NCBI RefSeq assembly: GCF_006345805.1 | Contig: NC_043010.1 | Coordinates: forward strand, 36,084,001 to 36,148,000 | DNA from: Octopus sinensis | Lineage: Eukaryota | Reading direction: 5' to 3' | DNA: 64,000 nt | Shown here: positions 63,908 through 64,000 of the stretch, one piece after another | Layout of the letters: every line of letters starts with the position of its first letter | How positions within the stretch are numbered: the first letter of the stretch is position 1 | Notes under the pieces: model-generated | Told to the model about the DNA's origin: nothing | What the model saw: only the letters and a program-made list of their open reading frames with translations | Database searches by the model: none | Made by a program: the position numbers and the translations under genes

Positions 63908-64000
63908 TGTAGTATGTATGTATGTATGTATGTATGTATGTATGCATGCATGCATGTATGTATGTATGTATGTACGTATGTTTATATGTTTGTGCGTTTG

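Overview
Repeat-saturated animal genomic DNA. The SINE families and microsatellite load resemble octopod (Octopus-type) genomes; this is an inference and no search was run. No host protein-coding gene can be supported. The main feature is a full-length 5.3-kb Ty3/Gypsy LTR retrotransposon (39609-44906) with CsRn1-clade hallmarks: identical 418-bp LTRs, CCTT target duplication, tRNA-Trp PBS, PPT, CHCC-type Gag motif, a candidate -1 frameshift signal and PR-RT-RNaseH-IN. It is nested in a SINE, and its ORFs are broken almost only by 1-2 nt deletions. The rest comprises several tRNA-derived or RTE-tailed SINE families, a DD37D (maT-type) transposase relic, mariner/Tc2/Tigger/hAT MITEs, a Helitron, Helentron-like elements, a GG(G)ATC-terminated foldback family, several long hairpins, three hammerhead-ribozyme-like motifs and many microsatellites. 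CpG content appears to rise abruptly near 27.8 kb, suggesting a methylation-domain boundary. Coordinates of old degenerate repeats are approximate (tens of bp).
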